A DNA stretch of 64,000 nt from Endomicrobiales bacterium (GTDB lineage Bacteria; Elusimicrobiota; Endomicrobiia; Endomicrobiales; JAFGGC01): the NCBI GenBank assembly GCA_016930715.1, contig JAFGGC010000003.1:31224-95223 (forward strand). Reading direction: 5' to 3'. Of this stretch, positions 18,143-28,239 are shown in pieces. The translations under genes and the position numbers were made by a program. Each line of letters starts with the position of its first letter. Position 1 is the stretch's first letter. The notes below the pieces were generated by a model, which worked only from the letters and a program-made list of their open reading frames with translations, was not told where the DNA came from and did no database searches.

Positions 18143-19379
18143 GTTTTTTTATCTCCTCGACTATTTTTTCCGCGAATTTCTGATAGGATTCCCTCGTCTT
18201 TTCCTTCGGCGGATTCAGGGGCTTTCCGAAAACCACCTTCAGGGGCTTGAGCTGACCCAGCTTGCCGGAATTCGTCACCCTCACGGGTACCACCGGCACC
18301 CCGGCGTTGACGGCTATCATTCCGATACCGGCCCTTGCCTTTCCTATATTGCCGTCCTTGGAGCGCGTACCTTCCGGAAAAACAAGAAGCGCCTCGCCGC
18401 TCTGCAGCAGTCTGAAGGCCGCCTTGAAGGCCCCGACGTCCTGCTGGCCCCTCTTTACCGGAAAAGCGTTGGTCCTTTTTATGAGGAAACCGAGCACGGG
18501 CATTGCAAAAAGCTCTTTTTTCGCCATGAAATGCAGCGGGCGCTTCATCGAGGAACCGACAAGAGGAGGATCGGCGTAGCTCATATGGTTCGGGGCTATT
18601 ATGACGCCTCCCGTTTCAGGGATGTTGCCGTGCCCCGAAACCCTGTTGCGCCATATAGCCGCGTAAAGGACCCTGAACATGAACCTGCCGGCATAGTAAA
18701 GCCAGTGGCTCTTTATGGTAAACTCTTCGCCTTCCTTTATCCTCTCGATTATGGAATCCGCCACCTCGTTAGCCGTCATCGAAGTTGAATCTACGAGTAT
18801 CGCGTCCTCTGCTTTCATCAGCGGGCTGTGCTTGCGTGTCATGTCCTTGTGGTCGCGTTCGCGGATTCCGCGTTTTATCTCTTCTATGTCCGCCTTCCCG
18901 CCTTTTTCGACAAGCTGCCTGTACCTTCTCTTTGCCCGCTCCTCCACGGAGGCGTCCAGGTAAAACTTGAACTCCGCGTTGGAAAAAACCTCCGTGCCGA
19001 TGTCCCTGCCTTCCATCACTATCCCGCCCTTTTCGCCCATCTTCACCTGTATTGCGCGCACGACCCGCCTCACGCCCTCCACCGCCGCCACTACCTTCGT
19101 GTTTTTCGAAACGTTCTCGGTTCTTATTTCCGAAGACACGTCGAGGCCGTCAACGAAAACACGCCCGTCCTTCAATTCAATGCTCGTGTTGTTCGCCGTT
19201 TCTATGACCGCTTTTTCGTCCGAGACATCCACGTTGTTCTTCATCGCCTTGTAGGTGATTGAGCGGTACACCGCGCCCGAATCGACGTAGGTATAACCTA
19301 GTCTTTTTGCCACGGCCTTGGCTATCGTTGATTTTCCGGCGCCCGCGGGCCCGTCTATCGCGATGATGTAACGCTTCAT
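18135..19379 (-). CDS. cmk: Fusion protein: cytidylate kinase (N-terminal) + 1-acyl-sn-glycerol-3-phosphate acyltransferase (C-terminal)
   Basis: MKRYIIAIDGPAGAGKST (Cmk P-loop) ... then APNHMSYADPP (HX4D) and VFPEGTRS (PlsC motifs), all in one uninterrupted frame. ATG 19379 overlaps the aroA stop as ATGA. Confidence 0.85.
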   Translation of the reverse strand: MKRYIIAIDGPAGAGKSTIAKAVAKRLGYTYVDSGAVYRSITYKAMKNNVDVSDEKAVIETANNTSIELKDGRVFVDGLDVSSEIRTENVSKNTKVVAAVEGVRRVVRAIQVKMGEKGGIVMEGRDIGTEVFSNAEFKFYLDASVEERAKRRYRQLVEKGGKADIEEIKRGIRERDHKDMTRKHSPLMKAEDAILVDSTSMTANEVADSIIERIKEGEEFTIKSHWLYYAGRFMFRVLYAAIWRNRVSGHGNIPETGGVIIAPNHMSYADPPLVGSSMKRPLHFMAKKELFAMPVLGFLIKRTNAFPVKRGQQDVGAFKAAFRLLQSGEALLVFPEGTRSKDGNIGKARAGIGMIAVNAGVPVVPVRVTNSGKLGQLKPLKVVFGKPLNPPKEKTRESYQKFAEKIVEEIKKLG

Positions 19380-20662
19380 TTTCTTGAAATCCCGGTCAAT
19401 AATTCGTAGAAACCAGGGAAGGATGTGTCGACGCATTCGACACCTTCCACCGTAGTTCTTCCTTCCGCTATTGAGCCCGCCACCGCGAGCATCATGGCTA
19501 TTCTGTGGTCGGCGTGACTTTTGACGATAGACCCTTTGAGCTTCACCGGGCCTTGTATGATGAAACCGTCCTCTTTTACGGTAATATTCGCGCCCATTTT
19601 TTTTAGTTCGGAGGCAACGGTCTCTATCCTGTCGCTTTCCTTGACCCTGAGCTCCCTGGCGCCCGATATCACGGTCGTGCCTTCGGCCTGAGTGGCAAGA
19701 AGCGCGATGACGGGCAGTTCGTCAATCAGGCGCGGAATCAGCTCTTTGCCTATCTCGACGGCTTTCAATTTTGAACTTTCCACAGAGACCGCAGCTACGG
19801 GTTCTCCGGAAGCGGTCTTCTTGTCCGTCAGCCCTAACTTCGCGCCCATTCTTCTCATTATGTCCAATATTCCGTCGCGCGTCGGGTTTATGCCGACGTT
19901 CGATACCGTGAGCGAAGAGTTTTTCGCGAGAAGCCCCGCCGCGAAAAAGAACGCGGCCGATGAAATGTCGCCCGGCACCGTCATCTCCACGGCCTTCAGT
20001 TTCGCCGGACCTTCTATCTGAACGGCAAGACCGGTCTCAATTATCTTCGCGCCCGACACTTTTAGCATCCTTTCCGTGTGATCGCGCGATTTCTCCGGTT
20101 CCGTGAAGGTCGTGGTCCCGGACGCGTACATCCCGGCAAAAAGAACGCAGGACTTGACCTGGGCGCTCGCTATGTCGCTTGAATACTCGATTGATTTAAG
20201 GTTTCCGGCCCCGGTCATCCTTAACGGCAGGTAATTGCCGTCTTTTGACTCGATTTTCGCGCCCATCTTCGACAACGGCTCGATAATCCTCTTCATGGGA
20301 CGGCGCGAAAGGCTCTCGTCCCCCACGAATTCCGAAGAAAAGTTCTGTCCCGCGAGTATCCCCGACATAAGCCGCACCGTGGTCCCGGAATTTCCGGCGT
20401 CTATCGCGCCGGCGGGCTTTTTGAGACCCCTGAGGCCTGCTCCTTTTATTCGAAGGACCCGGGCCTCGCGGTCCGCCTTGATCCCCATCTTTTCAAACGC
20501 GCCGAGAGTCCTCATGCAGTCATCCGCAGGCAGGTAGTTCTTTATCGCGGAATCGCCTTCCGCGATCGACGCTATCATTATCGCGCGGTGTGTTATGGAT
20601 TTGTCGGGCTGGACTTCAATCGTGCCCGCAAGTTTTGATACGGGATTTATTGCCCAGTTCAT
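19376..20662 (-). CDS. aroA: 3-phosphoshikimate 1-carboxyvinyltransferase (EPSP synthase)
   Basis: 428 aa. PDKSITHRA, GNSGTTVRL and DHRIAM motifs. Confidence 0.95.
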   Translation of the reverse strand: MNWAINPVSKLAGTIEVQPDKSITHRAIMIASIAEGDSAIKNYLPADDCMRTLGAFEKMGIKADREARVLRIKGAGLRGLKKPAGAIDAGNSGTTVRLMSGILAGQNFSSEFVGDESLSRRPMKRIIEPLSKMGAKIESKDGNYLPLRMTGAGNLKSIEYSSDIASAQVKSCVLFAGMYASGTTTFTEPEKSRDHTERMLKVSGAKIIETGLAVQIEGPAKLKAVEMTVPGDISSAAFFFAAGLLAKNSSLTVSNVGINPTRDGILDIMRRMGAKLGLTDKKTASGEPVAAVSVESSKLKAVEIGKELIPRLIDELPVIALLATQAEGTTVISGARELRVKESDRIETVASELKKMGANITVKEDGFIIQGPVKLKGSIVKSHADHRIAMMLAVAGSIAEGRTTVEGVECVDTSFPGFYELLTGISRK

Positions 20663-20685
20663 ATGAATTCAGATTTGAGTTGAAA

Positions 20686-20764
20686 GGTACAAGGTAAATG
20701 GTAAATGTTAACGGCAAAAAATATCTCGGTTTTTAACTTTTACCTTTTACTATGTAACATTTAC
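20686..20764. repeat. Family B (GGTAAATG...CATTTACC) palindromic element of about 80 bp
   Basis: GGTACAAGGTAAATGGTAAATGTTAAC...GTAACATTTAC. Lies between the tyrA stop and the aroA start. Confidence 0.8.
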
Positions 20765-20768
20765 TCCT

Positions 20769-21635
20769 TTATTTTTTTAAAAGTCCCCGGCGGGCGTTTT
20801 TGCCTTTCCCGAATATTCTGGCCAGCTCTCCGGGCCTGTTCAAACTGCCTTTTATCCTCTTGAGATTTTTTATGAGCGCGTCGATCGCCCTTCCCACTTC
20901 TTTCGAATTGTAACTGCATATCTTCGCCCAGTCTTGGGGGTCGGAATCGGCAATCCTTGTCATATCCCTGAAGGAACCGGCAAGGATCTTTCTCGCCCCG
21001 GGGTCCCTGCGGACGGCGTCCGACGCCAAAAGGCTCAGCGCGTACGCGACGGCGTGAGGAAGGTGGCTCGTCGAAGCCACAATCCTGTCGTGTTTCGCGG
21101 CATCCATGAAAACAATTTTCGCACCTGTTTTTTTCCACATACCGGCGACCTCGCTAATGCCCGCCCGTCCCGGCCGGGTTTTGTTTGTGATGACCACACC
21201 CGCGTTTCTATAAAGGTCCTTTTTTGCCGCGCCGACGCCTGATCTTTCGGAACCAGCCATCGGGTGGGCGCCGACGAAAAAGACCGATCTCAAATTTGAG
21301 ATTTCAGATGACTTTAAGACCTTCTCGACTTCCCTGAGAACTCGGCCTTTGGCGCTGCCGGCGTCGGTTATCACGGCCCTTTTCTTCACGAAAGGCAGTA
21401 TCTTCCTGATAAAAGGCGCTATGAGGTTGACCGGAGTGCATATCACGACGATGTCAGCGTCTTTCACGCCTTCCGCCGCATCCGTCGTGAATGAATCCAC
21501 GGCCTTGAGCTTTTTGGCCTTCGCGAGCCTCTTCCGATTCCTTCCGACACCGGTCACATGCCAGCCTTTTTTCCTCAAAGCCAGGCCCAGCGACCCGCCT
21601 ATCAAACCCACTCCAATAATAGCTATTCTTCTCAT
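20769..21635 (-). CDS. tyrA: Prephenate dehydrogenase
   Basis: MRRIAIIGVGLIGGSLGLAL Rossmann motif and GAHPMAGSE. The track start at 21656 is GTG; ATG 21635 is the more typical start. Confidence 0.85.
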   Translation of the reverse strand: MRRIAIIGVGLIGGSLGLALRKKGWHVTGVGRNRKRLAKAKKLKAVDSFTTDAAEGVKDADIVVICTPVNLIAPFIRKILPFVKKRAVITDAGSAKGRVLREVEKVLKSSEISNLRSVFFVGAHPMAGSERSGVGAAKKDLYRNAGVVITNKTRPGRAGISEVAGMWKKTGAKIVFMDAAKHDRIVASTSHLPHAVAYALSLLASDAVRRDPGARKILAGSFRDMTRIADSDPQDWAKICSYNSKEVGRAIDALIKNLKRIKGSLNRPGELARIFGKGKNARRGLLKK

Positions 21636-21688
21636 TTTTATATTTTTTGTTTTCACTATTTTCTATTCACTATTTACTATTGACTGCC

Positions 21689-22702
21689 CTATATTTCCCT
21701 TCCTACCGCGGAAGCGACCTTTCGGAGCTCATCCATCAACCGCTCGAACTGGGAGGGAAGAAGGCTCTGCGGCCCGTCGGAAAGCGCTTCTTCAGGTTTC
21801 GGATGAACCTCAATAATGAGGCCGTCTGCGCCCGCCGCAACCGACGCCTTGGCCATAACGCCCACGTACTCCCTTATGCCTATCCCGTGCGACGGGTCAA
21901 CTATGACCGGCAGGTGCGAAAGCTTTTTGAGCACCGGCACGGCGTTCAAATCAAGGGTAAATCGCGTTGAATCCTCGAAAGTCCTTATGCCTCTTTCGCA
22001 GAGCATTACCTTGTAGTTGCCCTGTGACATTATGTACTCGGCTGACAAAAGAAGCTCTTTTATCGTAGTGGACATCCCCCTTTTGAGCAGGACCGGCTTC
22101 CTCTGCCTGCCGGCCTCTTTGAGCAGGTCGTAATTCTGGACGTTCCTGGCGCCTATCTGGATTATATCGCAGTATTTTCCGACGAGCTTCACCTGGTCTA
22201 CCGCCATCGCCTCTGAAACGCACAAAAGCCCCGTCCTCTTCCTGACCTGTGAAAGGTATTTCAGCCCCTTTTCCCCGAGGCCCTGAAACGTGTAGGGCGA
22301 GCTCCTCGGCTTGAAAGCGCCGCCGCGGAAAACACTGACACCGGCAGCTTTCACCTTTCTGGCGATATCAAGCGTGACGCCCATGCTTTCGACGGCGCAA
22401 GGGCCGGCCATCACGACGATCTTCGGGCCGCCTATCTCCAGGCCTTTTATCCTGATTACCGAGTTATCCCTGTGGAACTCACGGCTCGCGAGCTTGTACG
22501 GTTTTTCTATCTCGCTTATGTGGTCCACGGCGTCCATCGCCTCGAAGACGTCCCTGTACCTCTCGGCCCGCTCCCCTATCATCCCGATGATGGTGACGTC
22601 CACGCCCCTCGATACGTGAGGCCTGTAACCGAGTTTTTTTACTTTTTTGATGACCTTGTCGGCTTCCTGCCTGCTAGTGCCTGTTTTCAGCGTTAGTATC
22701 AT
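21689..22702 (-). CDS. aroF: DAHP synthase, class I-beta, with an N-terminal ferredoxin-like regulatory domain
   Basis: A roughly 70-aa N-terminal domain precedes the KDO8P/DAHPS core, which carries MAGPCAVES and DPSHG motifs. Confidence 0.85.
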   Translation of the reverse strand: MILTLKTGTSRQEADKVIKKVKKLGYRPHVSRGVDVTIIGMIGERAERYRDVFEAMDAVDHISEIEKPYKLASREFHRDNSVIRIKGLEIGGPKIVVMAGPCAVESMGVTLDIARKVKAAGVSVFRGGAFKPRSSPYTFQGLGEKGLKYLSQVRKRTGLLCVSEAMAVDQVKLVGKYCDIIQIGARNVQNYDLLKEAGRQRKPVLLKRGMSTTIKELLLSAEYIMSQGNYKVMLCERGIRTFEDSTRFTLDLNAVPVLKKLSHLPVIVDPSHGIGIREYVGVMAKASVAAGADGLIIEVHPKPEEALSDGPQSLLPSQFERLMDELRKVASAVGREI

Positions 22703-22723
22703 AAAACACCTTTTCCCTGAATT

Positions 22724-23857
22724 TTATTTTTTTATCAGCTTTTTCACGGCCCCGATGAACATCCTGTTCTCGGAAGGAAGGCCTACGGTAACTCTCACGA
22801 AACCGGGATAGTCGTATTCGTCCATAGCGCGCACTATCACGCCGAGTCTCAACAGTTTCTGAAAAACGTATCTCCCGGAGAACGGCCTTATCTCCATCAG
22901 GATGAAGTTGGCCGCGGAAGGCACGTACTCGATGTCGAGTTTCCCGAGCTCACCGCAGAGCCATTTCTTCTGCGCCTCCGCCATCGAAACGCTTCTTTTG
23001 ACCTGCCGTTTGTCGTTCAAGCTCGCCGTCGCGGCTCTCTGCGCCATCAGGTTCACGTTGAAAGGCGGGCGTACCCTCTCGTAATAGTCCACCACGGTTT
23101 CGTCAGCGAAACCGTAACCGACGCGCAGGCCCGCGAGCCCGTATATTTTGGAGAATGTCCTCAATATAACGAGGTTGGGGTACTTTTTCAAAAGCCCGAG
23201 CGTCCTGGGATAGTCGCGGTTCACGAGGGCGTATTCATAGTATGCCTCGTCCATCACCACAAGCGGCGGCAGGGACAGCGATTTGACCGAAACTGAAGAA
23301 AGGAACCTCTCCAGCTCCCCTTTCGTGTTGTACGTCCCGGTAGGATTGTTGGGATTGGCTATGAAAACTGCCTTGGTCCTTGAGTTCACCGCCCGCGCCA
23401 TCGCGTCGAGGTCGTGCTTGAAGCCCTTCATCGGGACGGACACGACCTTGCAGTTCATCAGCTCTCCGGCCATCTTGTAGCGTATGAAGGCGTGCTCCGA
23501 CACCACTACCTCGTCGGCCTGGTTGAAAAAGAGCTTCGCTATTATCTCGATTATCTCGTCTGAACCCGCTCCGAGCAGGATGTTGGCCGGCTTGACCCTG
23601 AAGTTTTCGGCTATCTTCTGCTTCAACGCCCAGGAATTCGAGTCGGGGTAGAAAAAGACTTTCCTCGCGGCGCTTTTCATCGCCTTCACGGCTTTTTTGG
23701 AAGGCCCGAGCGGGTTCTCGTTCGAGGCGAGCTTTATCACTTTCTTGAGGCCGAGCTCGCGCTGTATGGTTTCCACGGGCTTGCCCGCGACATATGGCTC
23801 AAAACCCCTGCAGTTCGGCCTTATCATTTGTTCTATCTGTTTTTTCTTGTCGCTCAT
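22724..23857 (-). CDS. hisC: Histidinol-phosphate/aromatic aminotransferase
   Basis: LASNENPLGPS, YPDSN and FSKIYGLAGLRVGY (PLP lysine). Embedded in the aromatic amino-acid operon. Confidence 0.9.
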   Translation of the reverse strand: MSDKKKQIEQMIRPNCRGFEPYVAGKPVETIQRELGLKKVIKLASNENPLGPSKKAVKAMKSAARKVFFYPDSNSWALKQKIAENFRVKPANILLGAGSDEIIEIIAKLFFNQADEVVVSEHAFIRYKMAGELMNCKVVSVPMKGFKHDLDAMARAVNSRTKAVFIANPNNPTGTYNTKGELERFLSSVSVKSLSLPPLVVMDEAYYEYALVNRDYPRTLGLLKKYPNLVILRTFSKIYGLAGLRVGYGFADETVVDYYERVRPPFNVNLMAQRAATASLNDKRQVKRSVSMAEAQKKWLCGELGKLDIEYVPSAANFILMEIRPFSGRYVFQKLLRLGVIVRAMDEYDYPGFVRVTVGLPSENRMFIGAVKKLIKK

Positions 23858-23916
23858 ATTATTCCTCGTGCTGTTATTCCGTTGTTCTTCGGATTTAAAA
23901 TTTGAAATCGCTTTTA

Positions 23917-24981
23917 TTATTCCGCCTTCGGGAAGGACCCGAGCACTTTGAGAAAAACGCAGTTCTCTTTGACCTTTTCAAGCGCCTTCTGCACGCCGGG
24001 ATCCGAAACGTGGCCGATGAAATCGACGAAGAAAATATACTCCCACGCCTTTTTCTTGGTCGGGCGGGACTCGATCTTGGTCAGGTTTATTCCGTTCTCC
24101 TTGAACGACGTGAGTATGTCGTGCAGCGCCCCCACCTTGTCTTTTATCGAGAACATTACGGAGGTCTTGTCCTCGCCGGACGCCTGCGCCGGGTTCTTGC
24201 CGATAATGAGGAACCTCGTGTAGTTTTCCTTGGAGTCCTCTATGCCTTTTTCCACCACTTCAAGCCTGTACAGGACGGCCGCGGCGCTCGAGGCTATCGC
24301 GGCGGCGTTCTTCTCCGAAGCCGCGCGCTTCGAGGCAACCGACGTCGACGAAACTTCCGTTATCGGCACGCCCGCCAGGTTCTCCTCGAGCCAGTTCCTG
24401 CACTGCGCGAGCGGCTGGGGGTGCGAATATATCTTTTTTATGGCGGACTTCTTCCCGCTCTTCGAGATAAGACAGAGCTCTATCTGCATGTTTAGCTCCG
24501 AGCATATCTGAAGGTCGGACTCTATGAACATGTCCAGCGTGTGGTTTATCACGCCTTCGGTCGAGTTCTCGATTGGCACCACGCCGAAATCGGCGCGGCC
24601 TCTTTCCACCTCGGCGAAGACGTCCGCTATTGATTTCACGTCAACGAAATCGGCCGAGATGCCGAAGTTCTTTATAGCCGCAAGGTGCGTGAACGTCGCC
24701 TCGGGGCCGAGATAGGCGATCCTCAACCTTGATTCAAGCGACCTGCAGGCGTTGACTATCTCCCGCCAGATGGACTCCACGGCGGACTGGGGAAGGGGCC
24801 CGGCGTTCCTCTTCACCGCGTCCGATATCACCTTTTTCTCCCTGCCGGGGCTGTAGAAATCCTTGCCGCTTTTCGATTTTATCCCGCCGATCTTCTTCGC
24901 GAGGCCGGCGCGCTCGTTCAAAAGCTCCAGGGTCTTGACGTCAATTCCGTCGATCTTCTTCCTTAATTCATTGATATCCAT
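23917..24981 (-). CDS. pheA: Bifunctional chorismate mutase / prephenate dehydratase (P-protein)
   Basis: CM_2 N-terminus (LRKKIDGIDVKTLELLNERA), PDT core (RIAYLGPEATFTH) and a C-terminal ACT domain (TSVMFSIKDKVGALHDIL). Confidence 0.9.
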   Translation of the reverse strand: MDINELRKKIDGIDVKTLELLNERAGLAKKIGGIKSKSGKDFYSPGREKKVISDAVKRNAGPLPQSAVESIWREIVNACRSLESRLRIAYLGPEATFTHLAAIKNFGISADFVDVKSIADVFAEVERGRADFGVVPIENSTEGVINHTLDMFIESDLQICSELNMQIELCLISKSGKKSAIKKIYSHPQPLAQCRNWLEENLAGVPITEVSSTSVASKRAASEKNAAAIASSAAAVLYRLEVVEKGIEDSKENYTRFLIIGKNPAQASGEDKTSVMFSIKDKVGALHDILTSFKENGINLTKIESRPTKKKAWEYIFFVDFIGHVSDPGVQKALEKVKENCVFLKVLGSFPKAE

Positions 24982-25002
24982 AAACCACCTCGCTTTAACT
25001 AC

Positions 25003-25082
25003 GATTACACAGATTCACAGAATCTATTACACAGATAAAAATCTTTCATCAGTGTAATCTTAGTAAAAAATCCGTGTAATCC
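25003..25082. repeat. Family A (GATTACACAGAT / ATCTGYGTAATC) double-hairpin element
   Basis: GATTACACAGAT 25003-14 and TATTACACAGAT, then the inverted copies CAGTGTAATC and CCGTGTAATCC. Lies between the pgeF stop and the pheA start. Confidence 0.85.
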
Positions 25083-25088
25083 TTTTTG

Positions 25089-25751
25089 CTACATTTGAAT
25101 TATTGATATCATCCTTTTTGGTTGTTTGTCCCTTCTGTACGAAAAAAACAGCTCTTCCTCGTGGCACGTGCACCGGCCGCACACGTTTATCTTTTTAACG
25201 CCTTCTTCTTTCATCTGCCTTTTAGCGACCGCGGCAAGGTCAAGGTGCGTTTCGCCGCTTTGCATTCCGAACTTTTTTTTCAGGTCTTCTCCGACCCGGT
25301 AGCAGCATTTCCCTATGTGGGGGCCTATCGAGGCCGTGATCTCTCCGGGGCTCGCCGAAAACTTCTCCACGACGGTCCTCACCGCTTCCTTCAGCACGCC
25401 GGCGTGCAGGCCCTTCCATCCGGCGTGCACCACGCCGGCGCATTTGTCCCCCGCCGAGATGAAAACCGGCAGGCAGTCGGCGGTAAACACCGCAACCGGA
25501 AGGCCCTTCTGCCTCGTCAACAGCCCGTCCGCAAGCGGTATCTTCGCGCCCTTGTCGCCGGCGTCCACGACCGCCACCTTCGCGGAATGGACCTGCTCAA
25601 GGGTAACCAATGACCCGAAATCAACGCCGTTCCTCAGACAGAAGGATTCAACGTTTTTTTCGTCCTTCATATCCGAGAAAACCTTCGTCGAAAATATATT
25701 TAATTGCGGGATTTCGTCATCCCTGAAGACACCGTCCTGCAAAGCCCACAT
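25089..25751 (-). CDS. pgeF: YfiH/PgeF-family laccase-domain protein (peptidoglycan editing factor)
   Basis: TADCLPVF...VVHAGWKG...CGRCT motifs. Confidence 0.85.
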   Translation of the reverse strand: MWALQDGVFRDDEIPQLNIFSTKVFSDMKDEKNVESFCLRNGVDFGSLVTLEQVHSAKVAVVDAGDKGAKIPLADGLLTRQKGLPVAVFTADCLPVFISAGDKCAGVVHAGWKGLHAGVLKEAVRTVVEKFSASPGEITASIGPHIGKCCYRVGEDLKKKFGMQSGETHLDLAAVAKRQMKEEGVKKINVCGRCTCHEEELFFSYRRDKQPKRMISIIQM

Positions 25752-25872
25752 AAAAATTAGGGACAGACACCAATTTTTGTATTAACAATTTAAGCAAGCC
25801 GAATTGCCTTATTCTTCCAGAGGATTACGATGGCACAAATTGAAGAAAAAATAGGTGTCTGTCCCTATTTTA
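25752..25872. repeat. Family D (A-tract-TAGGGACAGNCNCC-T-tract) inverted pair
   Basis: AAAAATTAGGGACAGACACCAATTTTT (25752-78) and AAAAAATAGGTGTCTGTCCCTATTTTA (25846-72). The right arm abuts the pilT stop. Confidence 0.8.
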
Positions 25873-26967
25873 TCTCTCGATGAAGTCCTGGCCGGCGTTT
25901 TCCGTGCTTGTCTGTATACCCCTCACCGCGAGCATCAGCTCTTCGGGGTTCGAGGCCGCCGCGAGGGCGTCCTCCAGCTTTATCTCGCCGCCCTGGAAGA
26001 GCTTTATGAGCGCCTGATTGAAGGTCTGCATGCCGTAATACTGGCCCTGCCTCATCAGGTTCACTATTTCCGGTATGTTGTTGTCCTCTATCATCTTCTT
26101 GACGAGCGGCGTGACGACGAGGATCTCCACCGCCGGCACCCTTCCCTTCCCTCCCGCGTGCGGCAGAAGCCTCTGCGAGATGACCGCCTTAAGAACGTCA
26201 GCCAGGAGCAGCCGCGTCTGATTCTGCTGGTGCGGAGGGAACAGGTCTATTATCCTGTTTATGCTCTGGGCGGCGCTGACGGTGTGCAGCGTCGAAAGAA
26301 CAAGATGCCCAGTCTGCGCTGCGGTTATGGCCGTCGCCACCGTGTCCAGGTCCCTCATCTCGCCGAGCAGCACCACGTCCGGGTCCTGCCTGACCACGTT
26401 TCTCAGGGCGTCGAGGTAGGACAGCGTGTCAAAACCGAGCTCCCTCTGGCTTATTATCGACTTGTTGTCCGTGTGTATAAACTCTATCGGGTCCTCGATG
26501 GTGATTATATTCTCGGTCCTGGTCGAATTTATGTGGTTTATTATGGCGGCAAGGGTGTTCGACTTGCCGCAGCCCGTGGTGCCAGTGACCAGGACAAGCC
26601 CTCTCCTGTTGTCCGATATCTGCGATATCACGCCAGGGAGCTTCAGATCCTCTATCGTCGGGACCTTCACCGGGATTATCCTGAAGGCCAGGTGTATGAC
26701 ACCCCTCTGCATGAAAACGTTTATCCTGAACCGCCCTATGCGCTCGAAAGTATAGGCGAGGTCTACCTCGTGCCTCTGGTTGAAAACCATCTTCTGCTCG
26801 TCATTCATCAGCGAAAGCGCGATCTTCATCGTGTCTTCCGGCGTGAGGACCTTATCCACCGGGACAAGCGTCCCGTCTATGCGCATTATGGAAGGGCCGT
26901 TGGCCCTCACGTGAAGGTCCGAAGCTTTTTTTGCGAGCATCTGCTCCAATAAAGGTTTTATGTCCAT
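25870..26967 (-). CDS. pilT: Type IV pilus retraction ATPase PilT
   Basis: GTTGCGKSN Walker A, ITIEDPIEF, TGHLVLSTLHT. ATG 26967 follows AGGAGA; the track start at 26982 is TTG. Confidence 0.9.
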   Translation of the reverse strand: MDIKPLLEQMLAKKASDLHVRANGPSIMRIDGTLVPVDKVLTPEDTMKIALSLMNDEQKMVFNQRHEVDLAYTFERIGRFRINVFMQRGVIHLAFRIIPVKVPTIEDLKLPGVISQISDNRRGLVLVTGTTGCGKSNTLAAIINHINSTRTENIITIEDPIEFIHTDNKSIISQRELGFDTLSYLDALRNVVRQDPDVVLLGEMRDLDTVATAITAAQTGHLVLSTLHTVSAAQSINRIIDLFPPHQQNQTRLLLADVLKAVISQRLLPHAGGKGRVPAVEILVVTPLVKKMIEDNNIPEIVNLMRQGQYYGMQTFNQALIKLFQGGEIKLEDALAAASNPEELMLAVRGIQTSTENAGQDFIER

Positions 26968-26986
26968 TTTTTCTCCTGACAAGACT

Positions 26987-27092
26987 GATTACACAGATTT
27001 CCAACAACGATTGCACAGATTAGCGTCCCTTATCCCGCATGATCCTGTCATTCCGTGTTATCTGCGTAATCTCTTTTGTAATCCGTGCAATC
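26987..27092. repeat. Family A element
   Basis: GATTACACAGAT 26987-98 and GATTGCACAGAT, then ATCTGCGTAATC, TGTAATCC and GTGCAATC. Lies between the ftsZ stop and the pilT start. Confidence 0.85.
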
Positions 27093-27112
27093 AACATCCC
27101 GATTTTGGATGC

Positions 27113-28201
27113 TTATTTAAGCTTCTGGGATCTCCAGTACGTATACGCGGGTTTGTTGAGGTCAACTCCCGAAGAAGCTTCGTCCTTAGAATCCTTATCC
27201 TCAATGCTTGATCTTTTGGGCCTGATCGAGTGTTTCCTCGATGGGAACCCCGTCGCGATGACCGTTATCTTGAGCCTGTCGTCGAGGTTCGGGTCTATGA
27301 CCTGGCCGTAGAAAACGTGCGCCTCCGGCGAAACCGATTCCTTTATGAGGGTCATCGCCTCCCTTACCTCGACCATCGACGTGCCCTTGTTGCCGGTGAT
27401 GTTGACGAGCACGCCCTTGGCGCCGTCGATCGAAACCTCTTCGAGAAGCGGGCTCGATATGGCCCTTTTGGCCGCCTGCAACGCGCGGTCCTTGCCCGCG
27501 CTTTCCCCTATGCCCATCAGCGCCTCCCCGGCGCCTTTCATTATCGTCTTGACGTCGGCAAAATCCACGTTTATCTCGCCGGGCGTCGTTATTACGTCCG
27601 ATATGGACTGCACGGCCTGGCGCAGAACGTCGTCCACTATCCTGAACGCGTCCTCTATCGGAGTCTTGTCGTCCACAATCGTGAACAGCTTCTCGTTCGG
27701 TATGACGATGAGCGTATCGGTATAGTTTCTTAAATTCTTTATGCCTTCTTCCGCCTGAAGGAGGCGTATCCTGTGCTCGAACTCGAAAGGCTTGGTGACC
27801 ACGCCCACCGTCAATATGCCGAGGGAGCGCGCGATCGAGGCTATCACCGGGGCGGCCCCGGTGCCCGTGCCGCCGCCCATTCCGGCCGTCACGAAAACCA
27901 TGTCCGTGCCTTCAAAAAGCTCCTTTATGCGCTCGCGGCTCTCCTCCGCCGCCTGCTGGCCTATCGTCGGGTTGCCGCCGACGCCGAGGCCCCTTGATAT
28001 CTGGTCGCCTATCTGTATCCTCACCGGCGCAACCGAGCGCCTCAGCGCCTGCACGTCGGTATTAATGGTCACGAACTCGACGCCGTGAATGCCGGCCGCT
28101 ATCATCCGGTTGACCGCGTTCGAACCGCCTCCTCCCACGCCGACGACTTTTAATACCGCCGGATGCTCGGACTGCTCGCTGGCCATCTTTATTCTTATCA
28201 T
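27113..28201 (-). CDS. ftsZ: Cell division protein FtsZ
   Basis: [12 protein letters not shown] and [15 protein letters not shown] tubulin signature. Confidence 0.97.
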   Translation of the reverse strand: MIRIKMASEQSEHPAVLKVVGVGGGGSNAVNRMIAAGIHGVEFVTINTDVQALRRSVAPVRIQIGDQISRGLGVGGNPTIGQQAAEESRERIKELFEGTDMVFVTAGMGGGTGTGAAPVIASIARSLGILTVGVVTKPFEFEHRIRLLQAEEGIKNLRNYTDTLIVIPNEKLFTIVDDKTPIEDAFRIVDDVLRQAVQSISDVITTPGEINVDFADVKTIMKGAGEALMGIGESAGKDRALQAAKRAISSPLLEEVSIDGAKGVLVNITGNKGTSMVEVREAMTLIKESVSPEAHVFYGQVIDPNLDDRLKITVIATGFPSRKHSIRPKRSSIEDKDSKDEASSGVDLNKPAYTYWRSQKLK

Positions 28202-28239
28202 GACTTTTCCTTATTTGCCATCAGCCATATGCCATCTGC

